A stretch of DNA of 64,000 nt. Source: Mustelus asterias. Its lineage: Eukaryota. Shown here one piece after another: positions 27,931-40,739 of this stretch. Location of the stretch: positions 310,001 through 374,000 of the forward strand of contig NW_027590139.1 in NCBI RefSeq assembly GCF_964213995.1, given 5' to 3'. The notes below the pieces were generated by a model that was not told the DNA's origin, searched no databases, and saw nothing but the letters and a program-made list of their open reading frames with translations. Each line of letters starts with the position of its first letter. Within the stretch, counting starts at the first letter, position 1. Position numbers and translations under genes: made by a program.

Positions 27931-30900
27931 TAAATGATGAGGTGGAAAGGGATTAGGATATAGTTAGCGATTGAGATGTTGATTAGATTAGTTAGCATGG
28001 AGAAGTTGATGATTTTTGGGATCGGTATGTAAATTGATGCAACTTGTGTGTGGCGCGAAATAGTGCATATAATTAAACAGTATCTATTTGAACTATTCCC
28101 ATTTCACAGGAAAGTTATGCAGCTTCTCTGACACCTTGTTAGAAACAATGATGATCTCTCCAACGCATCAGGAATACTCTGCCGAAGCGTCACCCAGACT
28201 CGAAACGTTGGCTCTATTCTGTCTCCACAGATGCTGTCAGACCTGCTGAGATTTTCCAGCATTTTCTGTTTGTTACCAGTATTTCCTTCTATACAACTTT
28301 GCTTTGAATAATTTATTGATATTAACATTTATTGACACCTTTTTGTCACCAAGGATAAAATCTGTCCCAGAATTCAGTTGGAAATTGAATGAATACAGAC
28401 CGAGGATCATGAGTAGCTACCCAGCAGTCTCTGCGCTTTAAACTCCTGAATCATAACTGGTGTGATGATTTCCAAAGTAATCATACAAATTAAACTACCT
28501 GCACCAAATATGATTTTACTGATTCTTTAAATCCCGATTCATTATTACACAGTTTTGGGAAATAATGTAACACTTGTAGTTTTCCAGTGAGTTTCACAAT
28601 ATATCTGTTGCCACATTATTTATTTTACAGCTTGTTACCTTCACTAATTTGGGTGAGGGCATGTTGAGTGATTTGCTGCACATGTTTCAAATATTACAAT
28701 CCTCCCTCCTCAGCCAAATCATGTTCCCTCTTTCGATCTTGGATATGAATATTCAGCATCAGCAGAGAAAGGAACCATCCGTGCCGCAGGAAAATCCCCT
28801 CTTATTTTCGTGAGGATCAGCTTGCACGCTCCCTAGAAACTAGGACAAAGAACAAAGAACAAAGAACAGTACAGCACAGGAAACAGGCCCTTCGGCCCTC
28901 CAAGCCTGTGCCGCTCCTTGGTCCAACTAGGGTTGGATTTCTCCCAGAACCTCTGGCAGTATTGACGATATTAGACTGACAGAAATGGGATAAAGGAGCT
29001 GTTTCAATTTATGGACCAGTGAAGTACAAATATGGGAATGTAGAACAACATCTTTCAGTACCATTTAACAATGCATCTATCAATTTATTCACTGATTCCT
29101 CAATCAAAATATTCAGGCATCCAACTGTCATTCATCCAACTATCATTCATTCAACTGTCATTCATTCCTGCATCAAGACAGTCATTCATTTATTGTTTGC
29201 GCAGATGGTGACGTAATATTAATTTAATTGGTCCAGTGATCCAGAGGCCCAGGACAATGATGGGACAGGGACAGGGATTTAAATCGGAGGAAGCTGGTGG
29301 AATTTGAATTCAATTAATAAATATGGAATACATTCTAATGGCGACCATAGAACCCTCTCTGATCCCCCAATGAGGGAAATCTGCCATTGCTACCTGGTCT
29401 CACAAGAATGTGACTACAGACGGACACAAAATGGCTGACTCTTCAGAAGTGGCCTAGAAAACCATTCAGTTCAAGTGAATTTGGGACAGGCATAATGTTC
29501 TCGTCGTTCCAACAACTCAAACATCTCATGGAACGAGATAGGGAAAGAATACACAAGCATATATGTTCATGTATTACAACATGTATCGTCTACCTGAGTC
29601 AGCTCTCAGTCTGCCTGTAATTCTTTCGATCCATCCATGACAATATCCTGATGTGTTGGAAAAATCATCATTGTTGCTAACAGGGTGTCAGAGAAGCTGC
29701 ATAAATTGTCTTTCTTGAGAGATGGGTAAAATCCATATAGACTTACAACTTAAAATATTAAATTGCCTCCAGTACTGTTGCTGGGTAGATTTCTTTACAA
29801 ATAGGGCTCATTGACAATGTGAAGGGTTTGACGTTGGCTTGCAGCCAAGCGGTCAGTACTGAGAAAACAGATCTACTGCACAAACACCCCCAGATGCTTC
29901 CTGTCAATAACTTTGAGCATTTGACAGCGGGCTGGATTGCTGCCAAATACTGTGTGGGGCAGATTAGCGTGAACCTGAATGGACAAATTGGGATTCAGCC
30001 ATTTAAAGAATAAATGTTTCATTCCCACAAGAATGACACATGTTAAATCGGAATCATTCTAATCAAATATTTTCATTCAATGTCCTGTTCATTATGTGAG
30101 TAAATAGCATCGCAAAACAGTAAAGTGACCGGATGATTTTTCATTTGTATAACTTCCAAGTAAATGTCATTCCAATAATTAAAGGCTGTTTATTAACCAC
30201 TTCATGAAATGCGAGAGAGAGATGTTGATGGTCCCATTTCCCCAGTCAATTCAGATCACTGTAATGGCAAAAATGCATCGAAATAATATTAAAAGAACAT
30301 CATAAAACTGACACGAACAACAGGGATTCCTGGAATATACTGAAAGTTTTGCACCCTATTTAAACAGCAGCGTCTCTTGTACCTGATTTACACCGTGTTC
30401 TATTGTACAGTATAATCTGATTTCCATTATTGAAGAGTTCCTCTCATAGCTGCTAATGAGTGGAGAAATGATCAGTTCATAACCTGATTCAATGGAAGGT
30501 AAAACATTTATTCTTGTGATGTTGTGCAATGTGCAGCAAAGGCCTGATACCCTGTGTTCCCAATACCAATGAATATTAGACAGCCGGTGGCCAATAGAGT
30601 GAGCTGCCACGATTTGGATGCTGAAGGAGAACTTTAATGATCTCCGTGTCCGTTCCGATTCATTAACTTCTCTGTCAAAAGTCGATGTTAAATTTATGTT
30701 TCTCTGTCAACTCACTACTTAATTATCAGGAAGGCGGGATTCTTATTATTTTCAAAGGGCTGTCTTCGAGATTGGGCAGTTTGACAAATATAAGGAGAAA
30801 CATTGTATTGTGTGAGAGTTTCTTCTCATCTCCAAACCCAAACAGTACAGTGATAGCCATCCGCACTGTAAATGCAATCACTTTGTTCATACTCCGCATT

Positions 30901-31309
30901 TAGTTACAGAAATCGATAACAATTCTTCTGATAAATGATGCTTTATTATTGTAATGTGACAGAGACCCGGAATTGTTGCAACACAGACTGACGGTCTCCT
31001 TATTTTCCAAAAATGTTATTTAATCATTTTTAGATTTGTGTTCTTCTTGGGGGCGTGGTAATAAAATCACCATATTTACAATGGAATCAGTTATTTTAAA
31101 TAAAGAAATGATGAATTGCAATATCACCATCAGAAATAATGGAGACAATACATTGAACATATTCAGCCAAACAAATATCCCGATACAGATAAAATGTCCA
31201 TTTTAATATTAACCCATTGTCAATCTGGAAGTCCATTCTGTTGGGGTGTGGAAGGTGGGACCTGGATCCTGTCGCCGCCTCCAGCAGGGAATCAACAGGC
31301 GGCGCCTGG

Positions 31310-31340
31310 AAAGCCGCCCCCTTCTGCCGGGTATTTAAAT
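31310..31340 (+). promoter_or_regulatory. VH promoter core (GC box + TATA-like TATTTAAA)
   Basis: CCGCCCC at ~31314-31320 and TATTTAAA at 31332-31339, ~90 nt before the leader ATG, in a locally GC-rich patch. No exact ATGCAAAT octamer seen by eye in 31000-31430. Confidence 0.6.
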
Positions 31341-31430
31341 GCCGCTCACTGGGACCGGAATCCAACAGTCCGGGAGCTGGTTTGTTCACTGAGTTTCTGA
31401 CACAACCATTTCCCCCAATTTACCAGAAGG

Positions 31431-31476
31431 ATGAGGTCGGCGATTTCTCTCAGTTTCTTGCTGACTTTCTTATCTG
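31431..31476 (+). CDS. IGHV: Ig heavy chain leader exon (MRSAISLSFLLTFLS/G)
   Basis: ATG at 31431, 46-nt hydrophobic signal-peptide exon, phase-1 GTGAGT donor at 31477, 131-nt intron to the V exon. Confidence 0.95.
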
Positions 31477-31607
31477 GTGAGTAGATTTTTTTTTATTGTG
31501 CAAGTCTGACTGCTACTGTCTCAGTGTTAGTCTATCTCTGGATTGTTGCAGAATCAGCAATCATTTCACCAGGATTAATCCTCGGGGTTTTTGATATATT
31601 TTTACAG

Positions 31608-31915
31608 GTGTCCAGTCGGAGGTTGTGTTGACTCAGCCAGAGGCAGAGACCGGGCGTCCAGGAGGCTCCCTCAAACTGACCTGTAAAACCAGCGGCTTCA
31701 ATCTTGGCAGCTACTGGATGGGCTGGATCCGGCAGGTTCCCGGACAGGGGCTGGAATGGTTGACTCTCTACTACGATTCATCTAACACCATCCACTACGC
31801 CCCAGGGATTCAGAATCGATTTACTCCGTCCAAAGACATTTCAAAGAGCATCTTCGTTTTGGACATGATGAGCCTGAAGATTGAAGACACGGCCATCTAT
31901 TACTGTGCAAGAGAC
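31608..31915 (+). CDS. IGHV: Shark-type VH exon, intact and unrearranged
   Basis: TTTACAG acceptor, then [26 protein letters not shown]...[12 protein letters not shown]...[11 protein letters not shown]. Both conserved Cys and the FR2 Trp are present, no stops. Confidence 0.97.
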
Positions 31916-31954
31916 CACAGCGAGAGGAACCAGGTCTGCACCCGAACAAGAACA
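31916..31954 (+). other. V recombination signal sequence, 23-bp spacer
   Basis: CACAGCG (31916-22) + 23 nt + ACAAGAACA (31946-54). Confidence 0.93.
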
Positions 31955-32301
31955 GCTCGAGAGGGAATTCAGCAACTTCCATCATAACCTGAAGGTAAAT
32001 ATCTGTTTTAAATGTAATATTAACGACAGTGGTCAGAACCAAACCATAATCGTGTTTAAAAGAAGTAACAAAGAAAGCATTTAACAGTAAAATATAACAA
32101 ACTCACCACTGTAACGGGGTGAGCTTTTCACTGACTTTATATTTGTTGTAGTTTCAGCAAGTATATCACTGGACATATTACTCATTTTAATATTTCTGAT
32201 AGATTGTGTTATATAAACAGTTGCATGCATTTTAAATGAGAGCAGAACTAATGGTCCATTTGAAGTGAATATTGAGCGGCAGTACTGAATAGAATGAGTG
32301 C

Positions 32302-32381
32302 AGTTTTTGTGTGGGTGTGTGTCACAGTGATACAGCAGTGGGTCACAGTGCTGAGCACAGCGACATCCTCATACAAAAACC
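32302..32381 (+). other. D1 segment (32330-32343, ATACAGCAGTGGGT) with 12-bp 5' RSS and 22-bp 3' RSS
   Basis: AGTTTTTGT-12-CACAGTG | core | CACAGTG-22-ACAAAAACC. All three frames open (IQQW/YSSG/TAVG). Confidence 0.95.
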
Positions 32382-32691
32382 TCAGAGAAAGACTTTGCTT
32401 AAATATGTGACCAGTGCCACTGCCGAATGCTAAACAAAATGAGGAATAGACAAAATAATAGGTAGAAGCAGCATTGTTTTTTAAAAGATATAAAATACTT
32501 CAACTTTATTGTTATTGATTTACATGCTGAATGTGCACGGAGAGTGTAAAAGTTTCTAATTCCCCTTTATCAATATCATGACCAGTAAAAATTGAAATAT
32601 CTCACTGACTCATTCTTAAACGACATGGAAACAGACTTTTGAAATAGCAGTGAAATGACCTATCTGCATTTTACAGTTAATAATCTGCCGC

Positions 32692-32759
32692 AGTATTTGT
32701 CATGCTGTGTCTCACTGTGATAGCTGGATGGCACAGCAGTTACTGTCAATACAAAAACA
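32692..32759 (+). other. D2 segment (32720-32731, ATAGCTGGATGG) with 12/12 RSSs
   Basis: AGTATTTGT-12-CACTGTG | core | CACAGCA-12-ACAAAAACA. Confidence 0.93.
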
Positions 32760-33086
32760 CCTCAGCACTAATTGATTGAGGCTGGATCAGTGTCACTTTT
32801 AAATTCCAACTTTAATCACAGGACAGTATTATTTATGTCCAGCACTGACCACATGATGAGAATGAACATGGAAAATACGTGATAATTACTCAATTATCGG
32901 TTGGTGTTTATCAATAACATGTTCATGTGTTCCGCTGTGAAATATAAAACATTCGGGTCATTTATAAATGGAGAATGGTATCCAGAAATACAATTATAAT
33001 TTAATGAACATTAATTGACTTTGCTTTTCCTCTGGTTTGTGAATATTTAAAATAATGGTGGTTTTGTGTCTATTTTGTGCAGGGAC

Positions 33087-33125
33087 GGTTATTGTACGAC
33101 ACAGCCCAGGGAATGTGACACTGTG
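33087..33125 (+). other. J recombination signal sequence, 23-bp spacer
   Basis: GGTTATTGT (33087-95) + 23 nt + CACTGTG (33119-25). Confidence 0.93.
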
Positions 33126-33173
33126 ACTACTTCGACTACTGGGGACAAGGTACCATGGTGACGGTGACTGCAG
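33126..33173 (+). CDS. IGHJ: JH segment (YFDYWGQGTMVTVTA)
   Basis: WGxG motif; phase-1 GTAAG donor at 33174. Confidence 0.97.
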
Positions 33174-36100
33174 GTAAGAGCGATGCACTTATTGAATAAT
33201 TGGTTTACATGTGTCTTTGTTTTATATTTTTGTCTATACTAATAATCAATTCGTTTACTTAAATGTGGGTTTGGTGGATTGAGAATTTTTACAATGTTTC
33301 CTGTGATTCTGATGCAAAGGGGTTCTAGAATTCTGCTGTTTCTTGACAATAGAGGCTGCTGAGCGATTCAATCCCTAATTATTGTGATTTTGTGTTTATC
33401 TTTTGAGGCTACTGTGTGGCTGGGTTACTTTAAAAGCCTGACGTCTGTTAAACAATTCAGCGTGTCGGTCATGTTTAATCTCGGTGACATCTAGTGGCTG
33501 CGGGTTGTACCATCAACTGCACAAGTGTTTGAAATCTAACCCAATATTTTAAAAAAGTTCTAAAATTTCTAGATTAATCCAGTGAACATGTTCCACTCAC
33601 TAGCAGTGCTGGTGCTGCTATGCAATATTTCTGCTTATTATAAACATTAATTACTTTGGTGATGGGTGGATTGGCTGGAATTTATATTAAAAATTTCTGT
33701 CAATGTTACATTTGATTCTGTTGAAAGTGTTTGTAGAATTGAGCTGCTTCTGCAGGAAGCGGGGTTCAGACTCTCAGTGGTGCGTTTTTTCTGGTGAGGA
33801 GATTATGTATCTGGGTGACTTTAAGTAAGTAAAATTTGTGAAATAGTTTAGTGTTTCTGCATTGTTTAAACTCGGTGACACAGCTGTTACACGCTTTGTG
33901 ATTGAATATGAACAGTTTGCGGGTTTACAATTGCTTGACGCATGAGTGCAGGCAGAAATCAGACAGGCTTTAGTGTGTTTGTATTTTTAAAATTTTAAGC
34001 AAGTTAAACTAAACCACGGTTTACGCCGCTCGCTCAGAACATAGTTTGTCACGGCATTCACAATCTGAGGTACCTGCAATGTTTAATCTCGGTGGCATTT
34101 GATGGCTGGAGCTTTTACCATCCAAATGTTTAAATATGTTTGAAATATATTCCAACCTGAATAAAATGTGATAACGTTTCAATACTAATTTGTTGGGCAT
34201 ATTCCATCTCCTCGCAATGCTATTGTTATTATTCCAGATTTATGTTTCCTTTAACAATTGGTTAAGAGCTGGTTTGCTAGATTCGATATTGAGATTTTCT
34301 TGCAATGTTACATTTGATTCTGTTCAATGGATAATTGAGCTGTTTCTCCATGAAACGGATTCATTCCCTCATTGATGTGTTTTGGGGTGTTTCCGTTGAG
34401 GAGATTCTGTGGTTTGGTCACTATGAATGTTTAAAATTTGTGAAATAGTTTGGCTTTGCTGCATTATTTCTGCATTGTTCAAACTCGGTGCCACTGAGCG
34501 GTTAGACGTTTTCTGGTTGAATGCAAACAATCTTTGAGTTTGAAAATCCTTGTAGGGAGAAAACGAGCTGGTTTTGGAAAAAAACTAAAATAAAGATATT
34601 ATAGCATTTTTATAAATTTTAACTAACGCTTACAAATTAAAATAAATCATGACGTACAACGCTCATTCGGACACTACGTCGTTGCTGCAATCACAAACTT
34701 CTCATTAACAAGTTTAATAGTAAAATTAATATAAATCAAACAATTATTAATCGGTAATATAACTCCATATTCACCAAAGATTACTTTGTATTGATATAAT
34801 TTAGCAGTAATCCCCTTTAATAGTTCTGTTGTGCTTTTCACACAATTAACATGACCAGAAAATTTTCCAGACTGGAAATATTTTGTGACAATTCCAGAAA
34901 TTATTTCAATGATAACATGCTGTTTCCACAGCAGCTCTCAGCTGAACACGATACTTTGCATTAGTCGTTATATCCCAGATTAAGTTCGCATTCACTGGAA
35001 TACGAGTTTTGCAGAATAAGACGTTGCTTTTTGGCTATTTTTGTATCCGAATACTACATTTTTTTTCTGTGCAGTCGCAACCAGATTATTCCTTCCAAGT
35101 AATTTGTAATTGGATACCGAGATAATTAATTACTAATCTCATCTCAAAATTTGTGAAATGGTTTGGTGTTTCTCAATTGTTTCTGTATTGGTTCAACTCA
35201 GTGATACTGAACGGTTACACGTTTTCTGGCTAAATGAAAATAAAACTGCGTTTGAAAATTCTTGTCGGGGTAAAGTAAACAGGTTTCGGAAAAATAAAAT
35301 AATTAGATGTTCGGACTTTTATTCATGTTAACTGATGCTTACAGATTAAAATAAATCATGAATTACAATTTTTACTGTGACACCGTATCTCTGTTAGGGA
35401 CATTACACTACCCTGAATCTTTTATATTTGACGTGCTCATTTTCAGAAAAAATACATTTTTGCCCAGTTTTCGGGATTTGAGACAGACAGGGAGAGATAG
35501 TTAAAAGGCGAAGGGAGTTTTGAAATGAACATCAGGTTAATTTAAAATATGTATTGATTGTTTTGTTGTTGGAATTTGACCTTTGATCACTTAGAATCAA
35601 GGAGTTTGTATAAATTTGACAGAGCGAACAGAGTTTTCTGACAGGTGGAATTCGCTGACACTCAAGCAATTGTTCATATGATTGTGTTTGAATTGTAGTA
35701 AAGGGTTAACACAAACTGGCTAGAGATGGACAGGTTAATGCTTGAAATTCAAAAAGATTAATTTATGTAAAAACATTCTGATATTATAAAAATAATATTA
35801 GCTCTGCACTTAATAATAACATCATGTCTCCCATTACTGCTGAACTCAGGATAGAATTATGGGAAGAATAAATGACAGAATAGAAGAATTGATTATATCT
35901 GAACCTTATGTTTAATACTTGTTAAATATTATAATGAAGAAAAAGTCTGGACTTATATTCTGCATCGTGCTTTAGAGGATTTGAATCAATTGTCCTCTTT
36001 GTGTTTGCACTGTTTAATTCAGATTTTCTTTAATTAAACAATGTGTTCAGTAATTAAGTTATATGGATGGTCTAACTTTTTAAATCTAGAATGCATTATT

Positions 36101-38019
36101 ATTGATTTCAAACTGCCAGGCCGTTACAGCCTATACAAATTCAGAAGTATGCATTTTTAACACGTTTCTAGGTTATAATACGACATTTGTAGTAAAAGTG
36201 GAAAAGTAAAATATTACAATGTGATTGGATTTAAGTAAATGAATGACAGATTCTGAATGTTTCCATTCAGTAATTTGAAACTATTGTTTAACATTGTATA
36301 AGATTTAATTGTAACTTAATTATTTAACAATGCTGGAGGTAGAAGCGCGTTTTGAATGATTGAAAACTCATTTTATTACAGAGTTCAAATCAGCTGATAA
36401 GAGAACTAACTGGCAATTAATAATAACTTAAAATATAATATTGGTGCTGATTAATTTAAAACAAAAGAACTTGGATACTGTACAGGCGTGCAAAATACAA
36501 TCCGTTTTGAGAATATTTAATTGTATCGAAAATGAATTCAGAAACAAAACATTTCTTTACTCAGCTATGCTCAGCTCGATAAAGTGTTTTGCCTTGATTA
36601 TTTTGTTCATTAATTTAGTTAAGAAATTAACTCGAATCAGATAATGATTTTTAATGTAAATGTTTCTTGATTTGTTTACTTCTTACTGTGTCACTGCGTC
36701 TCTGTTAGGGACATTGAACTGTCCTGAACCTGTTATTTTTGATTGCTTATTTTCAGCGAAATTACATTTTTACATAGTTTTCGAGAAGTGAGACAGAGAA
36801 ATAATTAAAAGTCGAAAGGAGTTGTGAAATGAATATCAGTTTAACTTAACATAGGTTATTGATTTTCTGTTGTTGTAAGTTGACCATTGATCAATTAGAA
36901 TCCAACAGTTTGAATGAAATTGACAGATTGAACAGATCTATCTGCTGGGCACTGGATTGTTGCACCGTTTGTGTCTGTTCTGTTTCTGTGCGCGTGGTCA
37001 CTGTGCTGGGACCAGGAATCTGCCTGGCTGGTTGCAAACCTTCTGGTTCCTTCTGCTGTATTTCAGGGAGTGAAATTTGATTTATTTCTTTATAAACTTG
37101 TAACTGTGAGAAACATGACAGTTTGACTTGATGTTTGACTTGTAGTCTCAGAAATGAGATCCCTAAAGCATATTGGGACCATCAGGCAGAGCAGAAACGT
37201 CAGACTGGAGAGGGAGATTTCGGTGATTTTTAAGCTTTGATGTACCGACCTTGGGAATGTTCGATGAGCAAATGCAAAGTGAGATTTACTATATTGTGCT
37301 CCTTACTATAGCAGTCCCTGACCTGTTTGGTATGACAGTTGAAGGGTCAAATTCTTTTGCATCTTATTTTTAATCTTCTAAAGACATTTTAGAGTCATTT
37401 GCTCGGCCAGAATTTTTAATCTTCCCTTATTGTTCCTTGATGAAAGTGTTGATGTGAAGCATTCTTGAATAACTGCAGTCCATATGCTGCAGGCATCCGC
37501 CGTGCTGTTAGGCAGAAAATTCCAGGATTTTGACCCAGCTACTGTGAAGGAACTGAGATACTGTTTCAAGTCAGGATGGTGTGTGTCTTGGAGGGGAGCT
37601 TGCAGGTGGTCCTGTTTATGTGGCTGCTGCCCTTGACCTGTTAGGATGTAAAGGCAGCGGGTTTGGACAGTGTTTACTATGGAGCCTTGGTGAGTTGTTG
37701 CAGTGCATCTTGTATATAATACAAACTGCTGACACTGCTTGTCAGTGATGGAGAGAGCGAATAGGGTGAATGAGGGGGCGCATAATCTTGTGGGTGGCTT
37801 TGCCCTGGATTGTGTCAATTTTTTAAAGTTTTTACAGTTTTCGCTCATTGAGAAAAGCGGAAATTATTCAATTGCGACTGATTGTGAAAGATTTAAATGT
37901 TTTTCCAACCCTTGCCCCGCGCTCCGTATTGTGCTCACTTGTTACTCCCATTTACTGTGAGAGTGGGTGAGTTTGTCTGGAGTGAGGGTGCATTTCCAAA
38001 CTGAATTAACTAGATATAG

Positions 38020-39571
38020 ACTTTCACACGTCACACACACTCTCACACACATAAATACACACATACACACTCTCATATACTCTCACACATGCACACACAC
38101 ATACATACTCACACTTACTTTCTCTCTCATACGATCTCTCACACACCCATACACATTCTCTCTCTCTCACGTTACACATGCATTCTCTCAAATACAAATA
38201 CATACATCCTCTCGCTCTCTCCATCAATCTCTCACACCCCTATACACAAAAGCAATCACATCCCCACACACCCCCGCTTTCTCTCTTATACACAGACACA
38301 CACTCTCACATAAGCAGTCTCACACTCTCGCACACGCACTCTCACATGCACTCTCTCCCCCACTCTCTGTCACACATGCTCAAGCTGTCTCACATTTCTT
38401 CACACGCTCTCTCACAATTCCTCTTGCACACGCATCTCTCTCTCGCTCACAGACACGCACATATTTCTATCTCTCTTGCACACACTGTCTCACACCTCTA
38501 CATTCTTGCTCTCACACACTGGCTCTCTCACAAACACTCTCTCACAAACATAGACACATGCACACACTCTAACACACACTCTTACACACAGACACAGTCT
38601 CTCACATAAGCACAGTCTCGCGCACACATTCTCTCTCTCACACACACGCATGCACTATCCCTCTCACATTCCCTCTTCCGTACACTCTCACTTCGTCTCA
38701 CACACATTCCCATGCTCTCTCTCTCTCATACGGACACTTGCACACGCATTCTCTCACACAGGTACATATTTCTCTCTCTTTCACACGCTCACTCCGTTAC
38801 ACATTATCTCACACACGCACAATCTTGCTCTCAAACACTGTCTCTCACAAACACCCTCTCTTTCACACGCACACAGTCTCTCCTTCTCTTACACACGAAC
38901 ACACATGTATATACAATGTATCTCTCTTTAAACACTCCACCTATCACAGACACCTGTTCTCTCAACAGTCATTTCTCTCACACACACTCACGCATCCACT
39001 CTGTCTAAGTTTCACACTTTTTCTCGCTCACACACACTCTCCCCGCCCCTCCACACACACACACACATACACTCAAACACCCCACATTGCTTCTATCTCC
39101 CGCACACATTGTACACATCTTTCGCACTCACACGCCATCCCATGCACAGTTTAACACACTGATGAACATATTATTTTGCTTTCCAATAGGCACTCCCTCT
39201 CACACACACTGTCTTTCACATGAACACAACACTCTCCCACACACATACCCTCCCTCTCAGGCACACACACTCTCTTTCACAGACATCGTGTATCTCAAAT
39301 AGACACACTCCCTTTCACATCAACATACACACAATCACACACAGAAGTACTCTTTCACACAGACTCCCCACACACACTCTCCCCGCCCCTCCACACATAT
39401 ACATTTTCAAGAAGAGTCACACTGTCACACACAAAGAATAATTCTTCAAACACACATTCTGTCTCACACACACACATTATCTCACACATCCTTTCTCTCA
39501 CGCACTCTCTCTCCTCTTGCACGCACAGCCCACTGTCTCACACACGTGCAAACGCATTCTATCATACACAG
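38020..39571 (+). repeat. CA/CT low-complexity tract
   Basis: Degenerate (CA)n/(CT)n running into the assembly gap. Confidence 0.95.
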
Positions 39572-39803
39572 NNNNNNNNNNNNNNNNNNNNNNNNNNNNN
39601 NNNNNNNNNNNNNNNNNNNNNNNNNNNNNNNNNNNNNNNNNNNNNNNNNNNNNNNNNNNNNNNNNNNNNNNNNNNNNNNNNNNNNNNNNNNNNNNNNNNN
39701 NNNNNNNNNNNNNNNNNNNNNNNNNNNNNNNNNNNNNNNNNNNNNNNNNNNNNNNNNNNNNNNNNNNNNNNNNNNNNNNNNNNNNNNNNNNNNNNNNNNN
39801 NNN
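39572..39803. other. Assembly gap (232 N)
   Basis: Run of N. Confidence 1.
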
Positions 39804-40739
39804 CAGAGTGTCTGTCCTTGACACCATAGAGGAGAATCATAGGATGCTACAGTGCAGAAGGAGGCCATTCAGCCCATCGAGTCTGCACCAACAGCAAACC
39901 CACCAACGCCCTATCCCCATAACCACATGTATTTACCGGAACTCGTCCCCCTGACACTAAGGGGCAATTTAGCACGGCCAATCCACCGAACCCACATCTC
40001 TGGACTGTGGGAGGAAACAGGAGCACCTGAAGGAAACCCAAACAGACACGGGGAACTTGCAAACTCCACACAGACAGTGACCCAAGTCGGGAATCCAACT
40101 CTGAGGCAGCAGCGCTAATAACTGTGCCACCGTGCCACTGCCACCGCCCCCCCCCCACCCCGATACCCCCATCCCCCCACCCGGTAGCATTTGAATGAGG
40201 GTGGGATCAAGGGGCCCGAGTAAAACTGGTCAATAAGGATCGGCGGGAAATTCTTCTCTGTTTGGAGTCATACTTAGCACAAAGCAACATGGTATTGGTG
40301 GTTGGAGGTCAAACATCTTAGTTCAGATTTCACTGCAGGATTTCGGCAGGGGAGTGTTCTGGGAGCAACAATCTTCTACTGCTTCAACAGTGACATTCCC
40401 TCCAACATGAGGTCAGAAGTAGGAATTTCCATGTGTTACACCGGACAAAAACTCCAAAAGAATAAGAAGGGAATTGGCTGAGACCAAGGCCGCCTGGCTC
40501 CCCAATACTGGTGTAAACTTGGTGTTTGATTCCTGTGCGACCCATCCTAGTTTTGCTGTCAGCTTCCCGACAGCTCCCTCAGTCTGACTATTTGTTCACT
40601 GGTACGTGTTTCTTAAAGAAAGGCACCGACATTAAAGCAGCTGCCCGGTGATTTACACATCCCTGTTACTGAAAGCTGATCAATGTGGAGAATCAGGAAA
40701 AGATCGATGGAGAGGAAGAGGTGGAGGTGGCCCACTGGC

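Noticed and set aside
27930-28070. Strand-biased segment resembling mitochondrial DNA (NUMT)
   Set aside because: No recognisable mitochondrial gene or tRNA on translation; origin unresolved.
29590-29975. Apparent minus-strand exon with AG/GT boundaries, paralog at ~17190-17590
   Set aside because: Stops in all three frames; better explained as decayed retroelement sequence.
32356-32381. Cryptic heptamer CACAGCG within the D1 3' spacer that might create a 12-RSS
   Set aside because: Only 10 nt from the nonamer, outside 12 +/- 1.
37967-39954. Long His/Thr/Ser/Leu-rich ORFs, and ORFs crossing the N run
   Set aside because: Translations of CA/CT simple repeats and of the assembly gap.
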